Source: Mytilus californianus
Taxonomy: Eukaryota
Assembly (NCBI RefSeq): GCF_021869535.1
Contig: NW_026262690.1
Location: forward strand, 36,084,001-36,148,000
Length of the DNA: 64,000 bases
Reading direction: 5' to 3'
The stretch's first letter is position 1; each line of letters begins with the position of its first letter. The position numbers were made by a program, and so were the translations under genes. The notes under the pieces were generated by a model. The model made no database searches. It had not been told where the DNA came from and saw only the letters and a list, made by a program, of their open reading frames with translations. Of this stretch, positions 51,101 to 63,162 are shown piece by piece.

Positions 51101-54100
51101 ATTTGGGAAATATTTTAAAAATGCGTTCTAGACATTAGGTGACACAACAGTACACAGAAAAGGTAGGAATTGTATATGTTTCCTGATTGTGAGTATGAAT
51201 GTAAATCATGTAATATTTTAGTGAGGAATTATCCTTTTTTTATTTACAGTTTAAATCAATAAATACATTTGAGTTACAACTGATTTTATTTCACAGCCAA
51301 TATTTTGGTCCGGCTTTTAAAATCAAATACTATTTCATTTTGTCAGGGAAATGTTCTAATAAAATGCCTTTAAAGTTTTAAATATATTCAAAACTTAAAT
51401 CAAACTCCTGTTTTTTAATTTTTTATTTTATAAAGAATATAAGAAATAACTATTCTTCCCACCCGCTTGTTCAGTAATCAGAGTTTTGGAAAGCTAAAGA
51501 TGTAGGTTATTTTTTATTTTAAAACTTTTTTTTTTTTTTTTATGCTTTGCTTTTATATTGTTTGTTTTTTTAGTAATTTGAAGTTATCAATATATTCATA
51601 ATAACATTAAAGGTACAAATTTTACTGCAGCAGTAAACTTCAACTTATTTTGATTTTTTTGTTTGTTTCACAATTCAACTTTTATTCAGTTTCAATCACT
51701 GTGCTAAATCCTTCCAATCTGATAAATGTGCTTCGGGGCAGTTGTAACTCATTTCTTTTGAACTGTAATTAGACCCAAATAATAGGATAATCCCTTACTA
51801 AGAACATGATTTACATTCATTCTTCACATTTAAGAGACATCAAATCCTACAATTTCATTGGTCGAGAGCACTTTGCTATATTCTAAAATAACTTAATTGG
51901 CAACCAAATTCTGTTTGCAATTCAATTGATATGACATGAATGTTTTTTTTTACATTTCAAATTATTATGCAATCAATTATTGTGTTTCTCTTAAGTGGCA
52001 ATCTGCCTAAGAATCAGGCAGTGGTGAAAACATGACAAACAAAAACTCACTCAAGTTGACATTAATTTATGTTCAAAATGTATAATGGTACATGAATATA
52101 ACATTCTTTTCCTTTTCCTGTGCTGGCAATTCAAGATATAATTTGGTTGAAAAGCACTAGAAATTAACAATTAAGGGGAGCTATTCTAACCAAAAGTTAC
52201 CTTGAGATATCTCGAATTACCGGAATCGCAGAAATGAAAGAACTACCATTCTAACTCAGGATGAGGATAACTTCAAAATAGGATGGTTAGGTCGGTGGTT
52301 TTTTTTCAGCCATGTTTTGATTTTTTTCAAAATTGCCTGATTCTTACAAAGACTGGTGCTTAAAACAATTCAACTTATAAATAGCCGTTGATTATCTAAA
52401 GAAACGTGCGATTTTGTGTTTGATAAATTTACCGAATATGCTGCACCTGTACTGTTACACCCTTTGAATTGTTGATTTATGATATTCCTACAAAGCTGTA
52501 ACTGAAAAGATACGTTGACCTGGTTGTCATTATTCAAGCTATCGAGAGAATATCCACCAATAGACCATACTGTCTGTGTCCACATATAGCCATTGGGACT
52601 ACTGAAAAATAGATTAAAAACAAATAACGAAGATTTATATTTTCATCATACATTAGGTTAAAGATCTTTTGGTTTACGTAGTTAGATTGATAGCAAATGA
52701 ACGATTCATAGAATATAAAGTTCTTGCATCTTTCAACATGAAGATGCATGTGTGATGTATTTACTAATTCAGTTAAATTGGTTGTTTCTTTGTATGATCC
52801 GACTATTTAAAATTCTAACTGGCATATCATAAATACTAATGATGTCAAATTATATTTTAAAGTTCATGACAGCTGTGAGGAGTGTTTTTTTCTTCTTCAT
52901 TTTATCTTTTTCTTGATTGGCAGTATCCAACCAGTAACTTTGACCTTAGTTAGCTTCCAATTGTAGAGGAACCATTTCAACCCTACATCCCAAGTTATGT
53001 ACCGTCTTTGATATCCTTGGGTTAATTTTTTATTGTGTTTTACTTTTACGACATATATGCCCTAGATAGGCATAGAGGGTTTATTTTTTTATTGTGTTTT
53101 ACTTTTACGACATATATGCCCTAGATAGGCATATAGAGGGTTTATTTTTTTTATTGTGTTTTACTTTTACGACATATATGCCCTAGATAGGCATAGAGGG
53201 TTTATTTTTTATTGTGTTTTACTTTTACGACATATATGTCCAAGATAGGCATAGAGGGTTTATTTTTTATTGTGTTTTACTTTTACGACATATATATCCT
53301 AGATAGGCATAGAGGGTTTATTTTTTATTGTGTTTTACTTTTACGACATATATACCCTAGATAGGCATAGCGGGTTTCTTTCAAACGTAAAACTGGTTAA
53401 ATGCTTTTTTGCCTTAACCAAGGCAGGATATATGGAACGTGAGTTGTTTTTTCCATTTGTTTGTGTTTGGTTTTTTCCGGAAGAGTGGATTGTTGGTGTG
53501 TTCGGTTGTGCTGTTTTACATTTTTGGCAATTCCTGTTATACGTGTTAGGTACCATAAAAAAAGAGAGAGCAGAGTGACTGCACACACCTTTTAACATTG
53601 TTTCATGATTGCATAAGTGTCAATGAAAACCAAAAATCCGACTATAACATATTGATTGATTGGTGATTGCTTTACGCCGCATCAGCACAAAAAAAGCTAT
53701 ATCGCGGCGAGACTATAATATATGACAATGAACTATATTATGTGATAAACACGCTTTTTCCTATTGTCGACCTCTCGTTTCTTGAGTAATAACATAATAT
53801 TTTCTAAGGTTTTGGCGTCAAAGCACGTCCTCAATATGTGCATTTCACTAAAAGAAGCGTACTCTTTCTAAAACATTTCCCAATTAGGGCTGCGAGAAAA
53901 TACGTCTATAACAATTTCGCGGGTTATTGAAAATTTGAGGATTATCGATTCCATTTATATAATCATATATCTGGTTTTATTACCGGTTTTAAGCAGTGTC
54001 CTTCTGTTGCAACTTGCTACTTATGAATAAAAGAATATGCTTGGAATAGGTCTATTAAAATGTAACCCTCTCCCTCTCCCCTAATTTTATATACATATTA

Positions 54101-54381
54101 CAATGCAATTGTTCTATTGACGAGTTTGATTTTATATAAAAAGCAAATCTTATAAATGAAGATTGCGCACACGGTCAACTCCCGATTCCGATTTTATAAA
54201 CAAATAAGTGATATGGTAATTCAAATGAATTAAGCTTTATGTTGTCATGCTATTACCTGGAAATTAAAGGTGTCAGGTCATATGTTCTCCCAGTAGCAGG
54301 GTCTTTGTACATACAGTCTTGTGCTAAATATCTTCCGAAAACAGACCCAAAACATGCAACCATAAGTAAAGCAACCAACAT
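48196..54381 (-). CDS. Secreted single MRH (mannose-6-phosphate receptor homology)-like domain protein, 4 exons, 180 aa
   Basis: Exons 54257-54381, 52433-52601, 48636-48711, 48196-48368 (phases 2, 0, 1). Signal peptide MLVALLMVACFGSVFG, then CMYKDPATGRTYDLTPL..FQLQLCRNI..GCNSTGAAY..GCINWGQ..MYHGD..SNVYIVCD..PMFE..HFKILTKQVC*, which follows the CI-MPR/ATG27 repeat pattern. Confidence 0.8.
48943..49332. mobile_element. 390-bp TIR MITE (Kolobok-like)
   Basis: TTAA|GGATGTACTTGGGTGA..TCACCTAAGTACATCC|TAAA. Confidence 0.75.
49980..50068. repeat. 89-bp hairpin
   Basis: tgtaagagaatgataatc..aagtac gagcgttagcga gtactt..gattatcattctcttaca. Confidence 0.88.
50130..50975. repeat. Array of GGAACTTT..CTAGTT..AGTTCC motifs including a ~130-bp direct duplication
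   Basis: ctttgcatcaattctccaaatggaacttt..gttccggttttgact at ~50511 and ~50709. Confidence 0.75.
53024..53374. repeat. ~60-bp tandem array, about 6 units, in intron 1 of the MRH gene
   Basis: ttttattgtgttttacttttacgacatatatgccctagataggcatagagggttt; each unit carries the hairpin tatgcc-ctagata-ggcata. Confidence 0.92.
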
Positions 54382-55824
54382 CTTGTTTCCCTTTTTTTTT
54401 TTAAACGGACAATCAATTACTGTCAAATGAGGTGAAACTAGCCAAGATAATACGGTCAGGTCACGTTTATCAATTACAAGAATATATCTTGACAAAGGAT
54501 AAATAAGTAAGATGTCAAGATAATGTAGCAACCTCTTACTGAAACAAAATTGTACCACAATTATCTGGTTGTGTAAACTTGCTTATATATCTATAGTAAA
54601 CATGCTGAGGTTCAAATGACTCGATATGGGTTCATATTTACGTTATGTGGCGATTGTCTTTTACAATGTTGTTAACATTGAAAAATGACGAAGAAATTCC
54701 CCGAGGAAAAATTGTTAAAGTTTTATATAACAAATTTGGTTGAATTATGAATAACATGTAGGAGAATCATGTATATCGTCACTGGTGACGCAGTCACCTA
54801 ATATCTATCAACTGGATAACCTCTGTACCACGTTAATGAGGATGAATCCATGATAAATCCTGATTCAACATTGATTGTAATATGCAGTGATCGGGCTCTT
54901 TCACGGAAGCCAATATGGTGGAAACAAGTTCTTGATAATAGAACCAACCGCAATTTTGCATCAAATTCTGACTATCACCTCAAGTATTATTGATACATCA
55001 GAAAGCGATTTCTGATTGATTTGGTCTTATAGTCCCTGCTTAATGCTTTCTTTTATGATATTCATATTCTACTTCATAAATTATTTTTTATTCCACATTT
55101 CCATGGATACACATTCAACAGCTATTTACTTTACTAATGACAACAAGTTAAACTGATCATTTTCGTTGCCTTGTACATTCATCAAAAGTTAGTAAAAATC
55201 ACCTAAAAGTATAGTTTGTCGTATTCTAAAAATTCAATAACCCTATCTTTTAAAATGTGTACTACCAATGGAAATCTGTCAAATTCAACACAAATTGTTA
55301 ATATTAGGTATAAAAACTAAAATTAAGTGATAAAGAGATCACTAATATCCCCACCTTGCAGAAAACCGGAAAGGCTAAAACCAATATTCATATTAAATGT
55401 GACCTGTATTGTATGCTTCATTGTATTGTCTTAAAAAATAAGAGATTCTGTAAAACGGTATTTTCAATTTCAATTGGAACCCCCCCCCACCCCAAAAGAA
55501 GAGTTTTTAAGGTAACCAGGGAAAATTACTCTTGAACTGTAAATATTAAAATTAAACTTGACCTGTATTTTATGGTCCATGACATTGTATTCAAATTTCA
55601 AAATATTAGGTCAGTTGATACTTAACTTTAATCATTCGGAGATTTGAAAAAAACAACAAAGTCTATGGTAACTAAGGGTTATAAATTTTAAAATGTCAAA
55701 ACAATCAAAAACGAATTTGACCTGTAATTTATAGTCCCTGACATAGTGTTTAAGTTTCAAAAAGATTTGGTCAAGCGGTATTATCGTTATCATCTGGAAA
55801 CTGAAGGAAAATATCTCAGATATG

Positions 55825-56760
55825 TTGTACTGTTATACCACTGTCCCAGGTTAGGGGGAAGGTTTAGCGCCAACAAACTAGTTTAACCCCGCCACATTAT
55901 GTACATGCCTGTCCCAAGTCAGGAGCCTGTAGTTCAGTGGTTGTCGTTTGTCTCTGTATATCATATTTGTGTTTCGTTTATTGTTTTGTACATAAATCAG
56001 GCCGTTAGTTTTCTCGTTTGAATTGTTTTACATTTGTCATTTCGGGGCCTTTTATAGCTGACTATGCGGTATGGGTTTGATGAAGGCCGCACGGTGACCT
56101 ATAGTTTTTAACTTCTATGTCATTTGGTCTCTGGTGGAGAGTTGTCTCATTGGAAATCATACCACATCTTCTAATTCTTAATGTCAGTAAGGATCCTAAC
56201 TCTTTAACCATCAAAACCATCAAATTCAGTGATTCAGTTTCAAATATGAAGACCAACGGCGCGATCTATACTACAAATTGAACGAAATTTAAGTATGACA
56301 GAGCAAACCACGAGAACCTCTGAAATAAAGGTTCCAGCTTGTTTGGGACAGGCACATGAAGAATGTGGCGGGGTTTTAGCATATTCGAGAGCGCTCAACC
56401 CTCTCCCTAACCTAGGACAGTGGTGTAATAATACAACATAATAACAAACTGTAAACGTCAGCTGAAAAGGGCTCGACTCATTATATCGGTACTTAGTAAC
56501 AAAAAGACAAAACACACGAAGTACCGTTCTATGAGTACTTGCAATTACTGAAAGCTGGTTCTAATTTCAACTTATAAACCATAAACCATGTTGTCCAAGA
56601 CTTAAATGTCAATCAGTAAACCTCCGACGGATTTAGTGTAAAGACATCATAAGAAGTTTAAGAAAGCATGACCATGTTCAATACCAAAAATGTAAGTATC
56701 GACAGGATGTAGGATCACCAGTGCAAATACATGGAAAACAATATAATTATATTTAGCACG
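55825..56760. repeat. Two copies of the abundant 'gagagttgtctcattggcaatcataccacatc' interspersed repeat in opposite orientations
   Basis: 55825-56175 (+) and ~56300-56760 (-); further copies at 20660-20900, 24930-25445, 38050-38165, 58960-59330, 60660-61230. Confidence 0.8.
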
Positions 56761-57802
56761 TTATATATTAGACAAATTAAAAACCGATTTGAGCAGCTAT
56801 AAAAACAATATGTAAAGTTCTTTCAATAATAAAAGATAAATAACCTTTTATAATTAGCTTACTCAAAGAAACTACCAGTTTATATCGATCGTATCTTAAT
56901 TTTACTAGCTTAACTTACTTGGTTATTTTAGAATTATAAAACATCTTTCTAGTAGTTTTAAAGAATTTTTGACATAGATCCACCATAAATCTTGTATCAG
57001 ATTGATTTCTAAAATCTATAAATTCTACAAAATAACACCAATATTTAACACCCCGACATTGTTTTAAACTGCATAAAACACTGAATAAAACACTCGAAAG
57101 AACCCTTCAGTGTCCATTATAAGACCGACTTTGTACTGTGTTTATCAAGTCTTGTTTTAAAATATAGCAGTGGATAGTGTAGATGACAGATCCACAACAA
57201 TTACGATTATAGCATACTTATGGTATGGACACTTGTTTTTATTTAAAAAAAAAACAATATAATTTAAATTTCATTTTTCGGTTTGAAATAGAATTCGATC
57301 CAACCGATACTGACTACAGTCGCTTGAATATTACTGACGGTGTAGAGACTCCTTACATACATTTCTTAAATACGTTGCAAGATACTTTTATTCTAAATGA
57401 CATTATGTAATTTACATCAAGATGATATCAAATGCTGTTTAGTTAATTAGCTCAGTCGGACAGAGGCACATATTTGTTTAATAAAATTTCTTTGTGTACT
57501 CCACCAAATCCGAAGTGTGACTATATCTGCTATTTGTTTTTCCCCTTTTTGGGTTATTGAGGTGTTTTCCCATGTTTGCCAATGAATTTGGATTTTTCAA
57601 ATTATGAAATTATTCCAATCTACCATTCTCCTTACTCATTTCGACTAATGTCAACTATTGTGTTTAATGATAAACAAGCAACAAGGCAACTTTTATAACC
57701 AATATCATAATACAATCCCAAAAGGACAATCTAATTCGAGTTCGTTTTTTTGTGAAAGGTAGATATGCACATAATTTTAGTTTTCAATATTCTTTTTTCT
57801 CT

Positions 57803-60800
57803 TTAGCATACACAAATGTGTGGAATATTCCAACATCCATAACTTGGACAATTATGTTTACACCAAAGATCCATATACATTTTGTAGCTTGAAGAAATAT
57901 TTGCCATCACAGTAACGCATTTATCCCCTAAACCATACGTTATTTCGGTCAATGTGCCATCTTTAAGACACTGACAGTGACTAGGAGGACAATGACCTAA
58001 TTTACAGTTAGAATCGCACCAAGCAGCCATTGCTGTATCGCCTTTCCATGCGCCTGTGCCAACACATGTAATAGTTTCGGAAGGCGGACCTTCGGATGTG
58101 CTTGGAATGATTAATACTGTTGTCGCTGATGTTGTTATTTTGTTTGTGGTGAAAGTGCTGGTTGTACTAGATGAAGTAATGATTGTTGGAATACTGGCTG
58201 AAGTAATGGTTGTTGGAATACTGGCTGGGGTAACGGTTGTTGGAATACTGGCTGAAGTTGAACTACAACCCTCACTGCAGTATGTTGTTGGGCAGTATCC
58301 AACCTGGCAGTTGATTCTACACCACCAGTCCATAACAGAATTTCCTTTAAAGGCTCCTATCGCAGTACATTTTACCTGTACTGATTTTTTTGTTGTGGAA
58401 GATAACGTGGATAAAAAAGTTGTCACCGTAGATAATACTGTGGGGGAAGAAGTTGTCGATGATTGCATTGGCGTAGACGAAAGTAATTGTGGCGATGATG
58501 TAGAATCTTTAAACGTTGTGGTTGAAGAAGTTGCAACCGAAGCTGTTGTTGAAGAAGATGCGACATATCCATTGTCGTTTATTGCAACGTCTGCGCATGC
58601 AAAAAACTCTTCCTGTCTTCCTTTTCCGATTCCACAATTTTCAGGATTTGATGCATCATCATTTTTACATCCCCAACTGTTTCCTGGAATATAACAAAGG
58701 TAAAAGAATTTCACTCCTAGTTTATAAATTCTTTATTACTGCAACTGTCTATTTATGAATTTGCTTTTTTGTTCATTTATTCACATTAAATACGACGATG
58801 TGCGTTTAAACACGTAAGGCCCAAACATTAAAAATTAGATTTTGCTTTTATTTTAAAATAAATGAATATGCATTTAATCCACCTGTACTCTTCTCTGACC
58901 TGGAACACTGAATGGTTAACAGCACAACATAAGAACAAATTAAAAATTAAATGGAAAGTGCTTGCCTCATCAGATCGACACGAAGCACTAAAACAAATAA
59001 TGTACATGAAGACAAAAGACTCATAGTACCGATCTAAAATAACTCGCAGTTACATGAAGCTCGTTCAAAGACAATAACAAAAAAATAAAATCAATCATGT
59101 TCTCCCAGACTTAAGTATCAATCAGTACACATCCAACGGATTGAGTGTAAAGACGTCAGTAACAGTGTGAAAAAAGCACGACCTTGCGCAGTGCAAACAT
59201 ATAAGCACATTATATCGACAGGATGTAGGACCACACGTTTTCATAAACGTAATACAATACATATTTTATTATGATTTAATTTACCAAAAGTGACAAAATC
59301 AATGTAAGTACCGATAAAAACAATATCTTTCTACGGCGTTAAAATGATATCCTTTAAGAATAAGTTTATTCAAAAGATCAATACGTTTGAATGGGTCGTA
59401 TTTAAGTTTACGTGCTTTATTAACAGCATTACCATAAAAATTAGGATGTGATATCCCGTTTTTTATAAGAATTATACATTAAGAGCCAAACTTCAAAACA
59501 AAACTTTGTATCTATGAAAACAATTGGTAAAAGTTTAAAGTAATTTATGGTAAAGAAATCCCTGACTTAATAATTTAAAAGTTATTCATATATTACTTTC
59601 ATTGAAATCTAAAACGTCACTACAGACACGGGCATAGTGAACAAATTGGGAAATATACACACCATAAGAAGTGGCAAAGGAACATCACTGTCAAAAAAAG
59701 GAAAATTAACACTAGGGAACGAAAAATTGTCTCTTTTGTCGTAAAGTCCACACCTCCTTTCGTTTGCAGGCTTTTATTTATACTTTTTGTCTAATTTGGT
59801 TGTATAATTTACGTGTCAGATCTGGATGCTAATTATTATAACCTCGTGTTATTGGATTGCTACTTCAATGAACTTACCACACATCGCCTTATATCCAAAC
59901 GTTACGACAACTATGTGTAAAAAAACTTGCGTACACACAATATATAAGTAAATGAATATGTATCTGTATTTTATTCGAACTGTACTTATATGCATAATAA
60001 AGATGAGGAGTAAACATCAATCAATGACACAACAACCCAACGACAAAAAATAACCAAAAGAGGTCAACATACAGTCTTCAACAATAGAAAGGTGTCTATT
60101 GCAAATCATGCTTATTTGCATGGATCATCTAACTTGAAACTGCTCGTTTTAAAATATCCTGGAGTTATTATATATCAAATCTAATCTGAACAATAGCTCC
60201 TCAATACTACGGAACCCTGTTGGTCTCATTAAGATAAAGGGCTGCGTTTTTTTTTTCAAAGTCAAGCGCTGGAGATGTAAAGTATAGCGCTGTAGATATA
60301 AAGTCAAGCGCTGGAGATTTAAAATCCAGCGATGTATAAATAAACTCCAGTGATCAATTTCGCAAAAAATCTTAAGAGAAAAAACACTCTTAAGTCATGA
60401 ACATATCAGTATAACTTTAACTTACGATCATTTTTTGTCGTAAGATGTTTTTTATGAAAAGAGCCCCTGCGCTGCAAATGTAAAGTCTTGCGCTATAGGT
60501 ATATAAAAAGTCTAGCGCAGGAGATGTAAAGTCGAGCGCTGTAGATATGAAGTCTAGCGCTGTAGATATGAAGTCCAGCGCTAGAGAAGCATAGTCCAGC
60601 ACTGTATATATAAATTTCCGTTACATCTCTTGTGCTGGACTTAAGTCTTAGATACATGATTTTTTTATTTGTTGTTATTGGCTTTGAACTAGCGGTCAGT
60701 AACTGTAAGAAGTCTCAGATCTGTACTTAGTGTCTTTTTTGTTGTAGGGATGTATAAATACCCTGCCACGTCCGGTCTGTTTTTTGTTACTTGTTTTTCT

Positions 60801-63162
60801 GCTCTGTATCCATCTAATGAGTTAAGCCCTTTTCAACTGATTTTTTATAGTTTGTTCATATGTTGTACTGTTACACCACTGTCCCAGGTTAGGGGGGGGG
60901 GTGCCCGCTAACACGTTTAACCCCGCCACATTCTGTATGTGCCTGTCCCAAGTCAGGAGCCTGTAATTCAGTGGGTGTCGTTTGTTGCTGTATATCATAT
61001 TTGTATTTCGTTCATTGTTTTTTTTTTAACATAAAACAGGCTGTTAGTTTTCTCGTTTGAATCGTTTTGCATTTGTCATTTCGGTGCCTTTTATAGCTGA
61101 CTATGCGGTATGGGTTTTGATCCGGTGATTGTCAAAGGCCGTACGGTGACCTATAGTTGTTAACGTCTATGTCCTTTTGGTCTCTATTGCAGAGTTGTCT
61201 CATTGGCAATTATACCACATCTTCTTATTTGAATGCCTCGTTCACACGTACATTTAATTCGAATTGAATTCGAATCGAATGCGAATCGAATTCGCTAATC
61301 GCGTTCAAACACTCTTCTTTTTTAATTCGAATCGATTCGAATTGGCTTAATCGCATTAACCAATTCGCATTAGAAATGCGTTTTTGTTAATACGAATTAA
61401 AAGTTAACGTCGTTAGGACAGTAAAGCGAATTTGACGCGCATTGCAATTCGAATTAGAATTTACGTTTGGACGTTAAACGTTTCGAATGCGAATTAAACT
61501 AATTCGAATTAGTTATTGCGAATCGAATTCGAATTACGTGTGAACGCAGTATTATAATACACTCTTTAGCGTTGGACTTATATCTACATCGCTGTACTTT
61601 AAATCTCCAGCGCTGGAATGGTTTCACAAAACAAACTTACGACTAAAGTTTATCGCAAGTATACTGAATTGTGTAAGACTTACGATCAACTTTAGTCGTA
61701 AGATATTTGTGAAACTGACTACTGGTCTTTATATCTCCAGCGCTATGCTTCATATCTACAGCGCTCGACTACATTTCCAGCGCTAGACTTATTATATATC
61801 TACAGCGCTGGATTTTACATCTCCAGCGCTTGATTTTAAATATGCAACGCTAGACTTTATATCTCCAGCGCTTGACTTTAAAAACAATAACCCTTTATCT
61901 GTATGAGACCAACAGGGCTCCGTATAATACCGAGTCGCCATTTATATTTTCATGTTATATTTGCTAAACAATATGGTCGTTTATATAGTAACAAACTTGT
62001 AATGCAGTTGTCAAGCTGGAGAGTACGTCAAATAAGAATATAATATTGTTGAGCCAAAAAAAGATTTGAGACATTGACTTGTTAAAAAAGTTATATAGAT
62101 TTAGGTTTACCTGTACGATATCGCCACTGAATAACACAGTGAGAACATGTTAAACCTCTTGGGAGTGAAACCGTTGCTGTAAATTTTCCTCCTGTTTGAT
62201 AATTAAAATAAAATTTCGTTCCTCCTGTTTGGACATCAGAAAGTATATACTGGTCAAGACAGTCCTGTGTGACTGCCTTAGTTACATCATTGTTCGGACA
62301 AATCCTGAATTCAAGGTATCCGCGATGGCTTGCAGTTATTTCAAACATCATTGAGGCATTACTGTTCACCGTATAGCTCCTGGTGATGATACCAGTGGCA
62401 AATTTTCCAGGTGGTTGGTTAAGTTGGGGTTTTCCATACTCGTCCCCGCAGACTCCACATTTACCGCCATTTTGAAAATGATGTACCTACAGCATCAACA
62501 ACGATATTAGAACAGACCTAATAAATATGAACAGAAAGAAATGACGATGATACTGAAGTTAAAAGCAACTTAAAGTTAATTTTAATTGTACGAGGAAATA
62601 TAATCAAACAACTTATTAAATAGTATAAAGAGAGGTACATGCTTGTCATTCATAGTAATAATGGTATTACTTCAGAATAAACTATTTTCAAATAAGCAAA
62701 CATTTATTGCAGTTGCAGTTGCAAATTAATGCAGCTATGCACGGGAGATTATAAGAGTTGACCTCCGTAAAGAGACGTCGCTTTGAAAGGTAACTAATTT
62801 GAATCCAATACAATTCTGTTATGATATACTACTCCTTATCTTCACTTGCCTGTTGTGTTACATATTGTACTTTAATTTTGCTACGCCTAATATGATTGTG
62901 GATGCTTAATTTACATACAATTCGTCTTTTTGAAAAAAAAATTTAAAAAATTTAAAAATTGCCACATTGAAACAATGATACATACATTATATCCACCACA
63001 GAACAATTGGTTGTCATTATAATCAACTGGTGTACTGAAACCATATCTCCACATGGAGGCTCTTCCGGGAGGATCAATTAATCTTCCGTGTCCATGGATC
63101 GAACATATAAAACTGTTAATTATCAAAATATACGTTAATGCATTTGTGTTTCGACGTTCCAT
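57803..63162 (-). CDS. AA15-family lytic polysaccharide monooxygenase (chitin-binding type-4 domain) with S/T linkers and three 6-Cys modules, 477 aa
   Basis: Exons 62986-63162, 62111-62486, 57803-58683 (phases 0, 1). 24-aa signal peptide then His1 HGRLIDPP; YNDNQLFCGG, NGGKCGVCGD, TASH (second His with Ala at -2), EFRIC, CSHCVIQWRY, GNSWG, QEEFFACADV. Confidence 0.95.
60210..61922. mobile_element. 1.7-kb foldback-type TIR element with TA TSD in LPMO intron 2
   Basis: 32-bp TIR (29/32 identical) CGGA(A/G)CCCTGTTGGTCTCAT..GATAAAGGG, TA on both sides; arms built of 21-bp aaagtcYagcgctgNagatat units in inverted orientation. Confidence 0.85.
61232..61553. mobile_element. ~320-bp MITE rich in GAATTC/TTCGAA palindromes
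   Basis: TIR cgttcacacgta / tacgtgtgaacg; interior of (aattcg/aatcg/aatgcg)n. Confidence 0.8.

Noticed and set aside
58056-58694. 212-aa plus-strand ORF
   Set aside because: Antisense shadow of the Ser/Thr-rich LPMO linker; Val/Glu/Asp bias reflects the opposite strand and there are no independent motifs.
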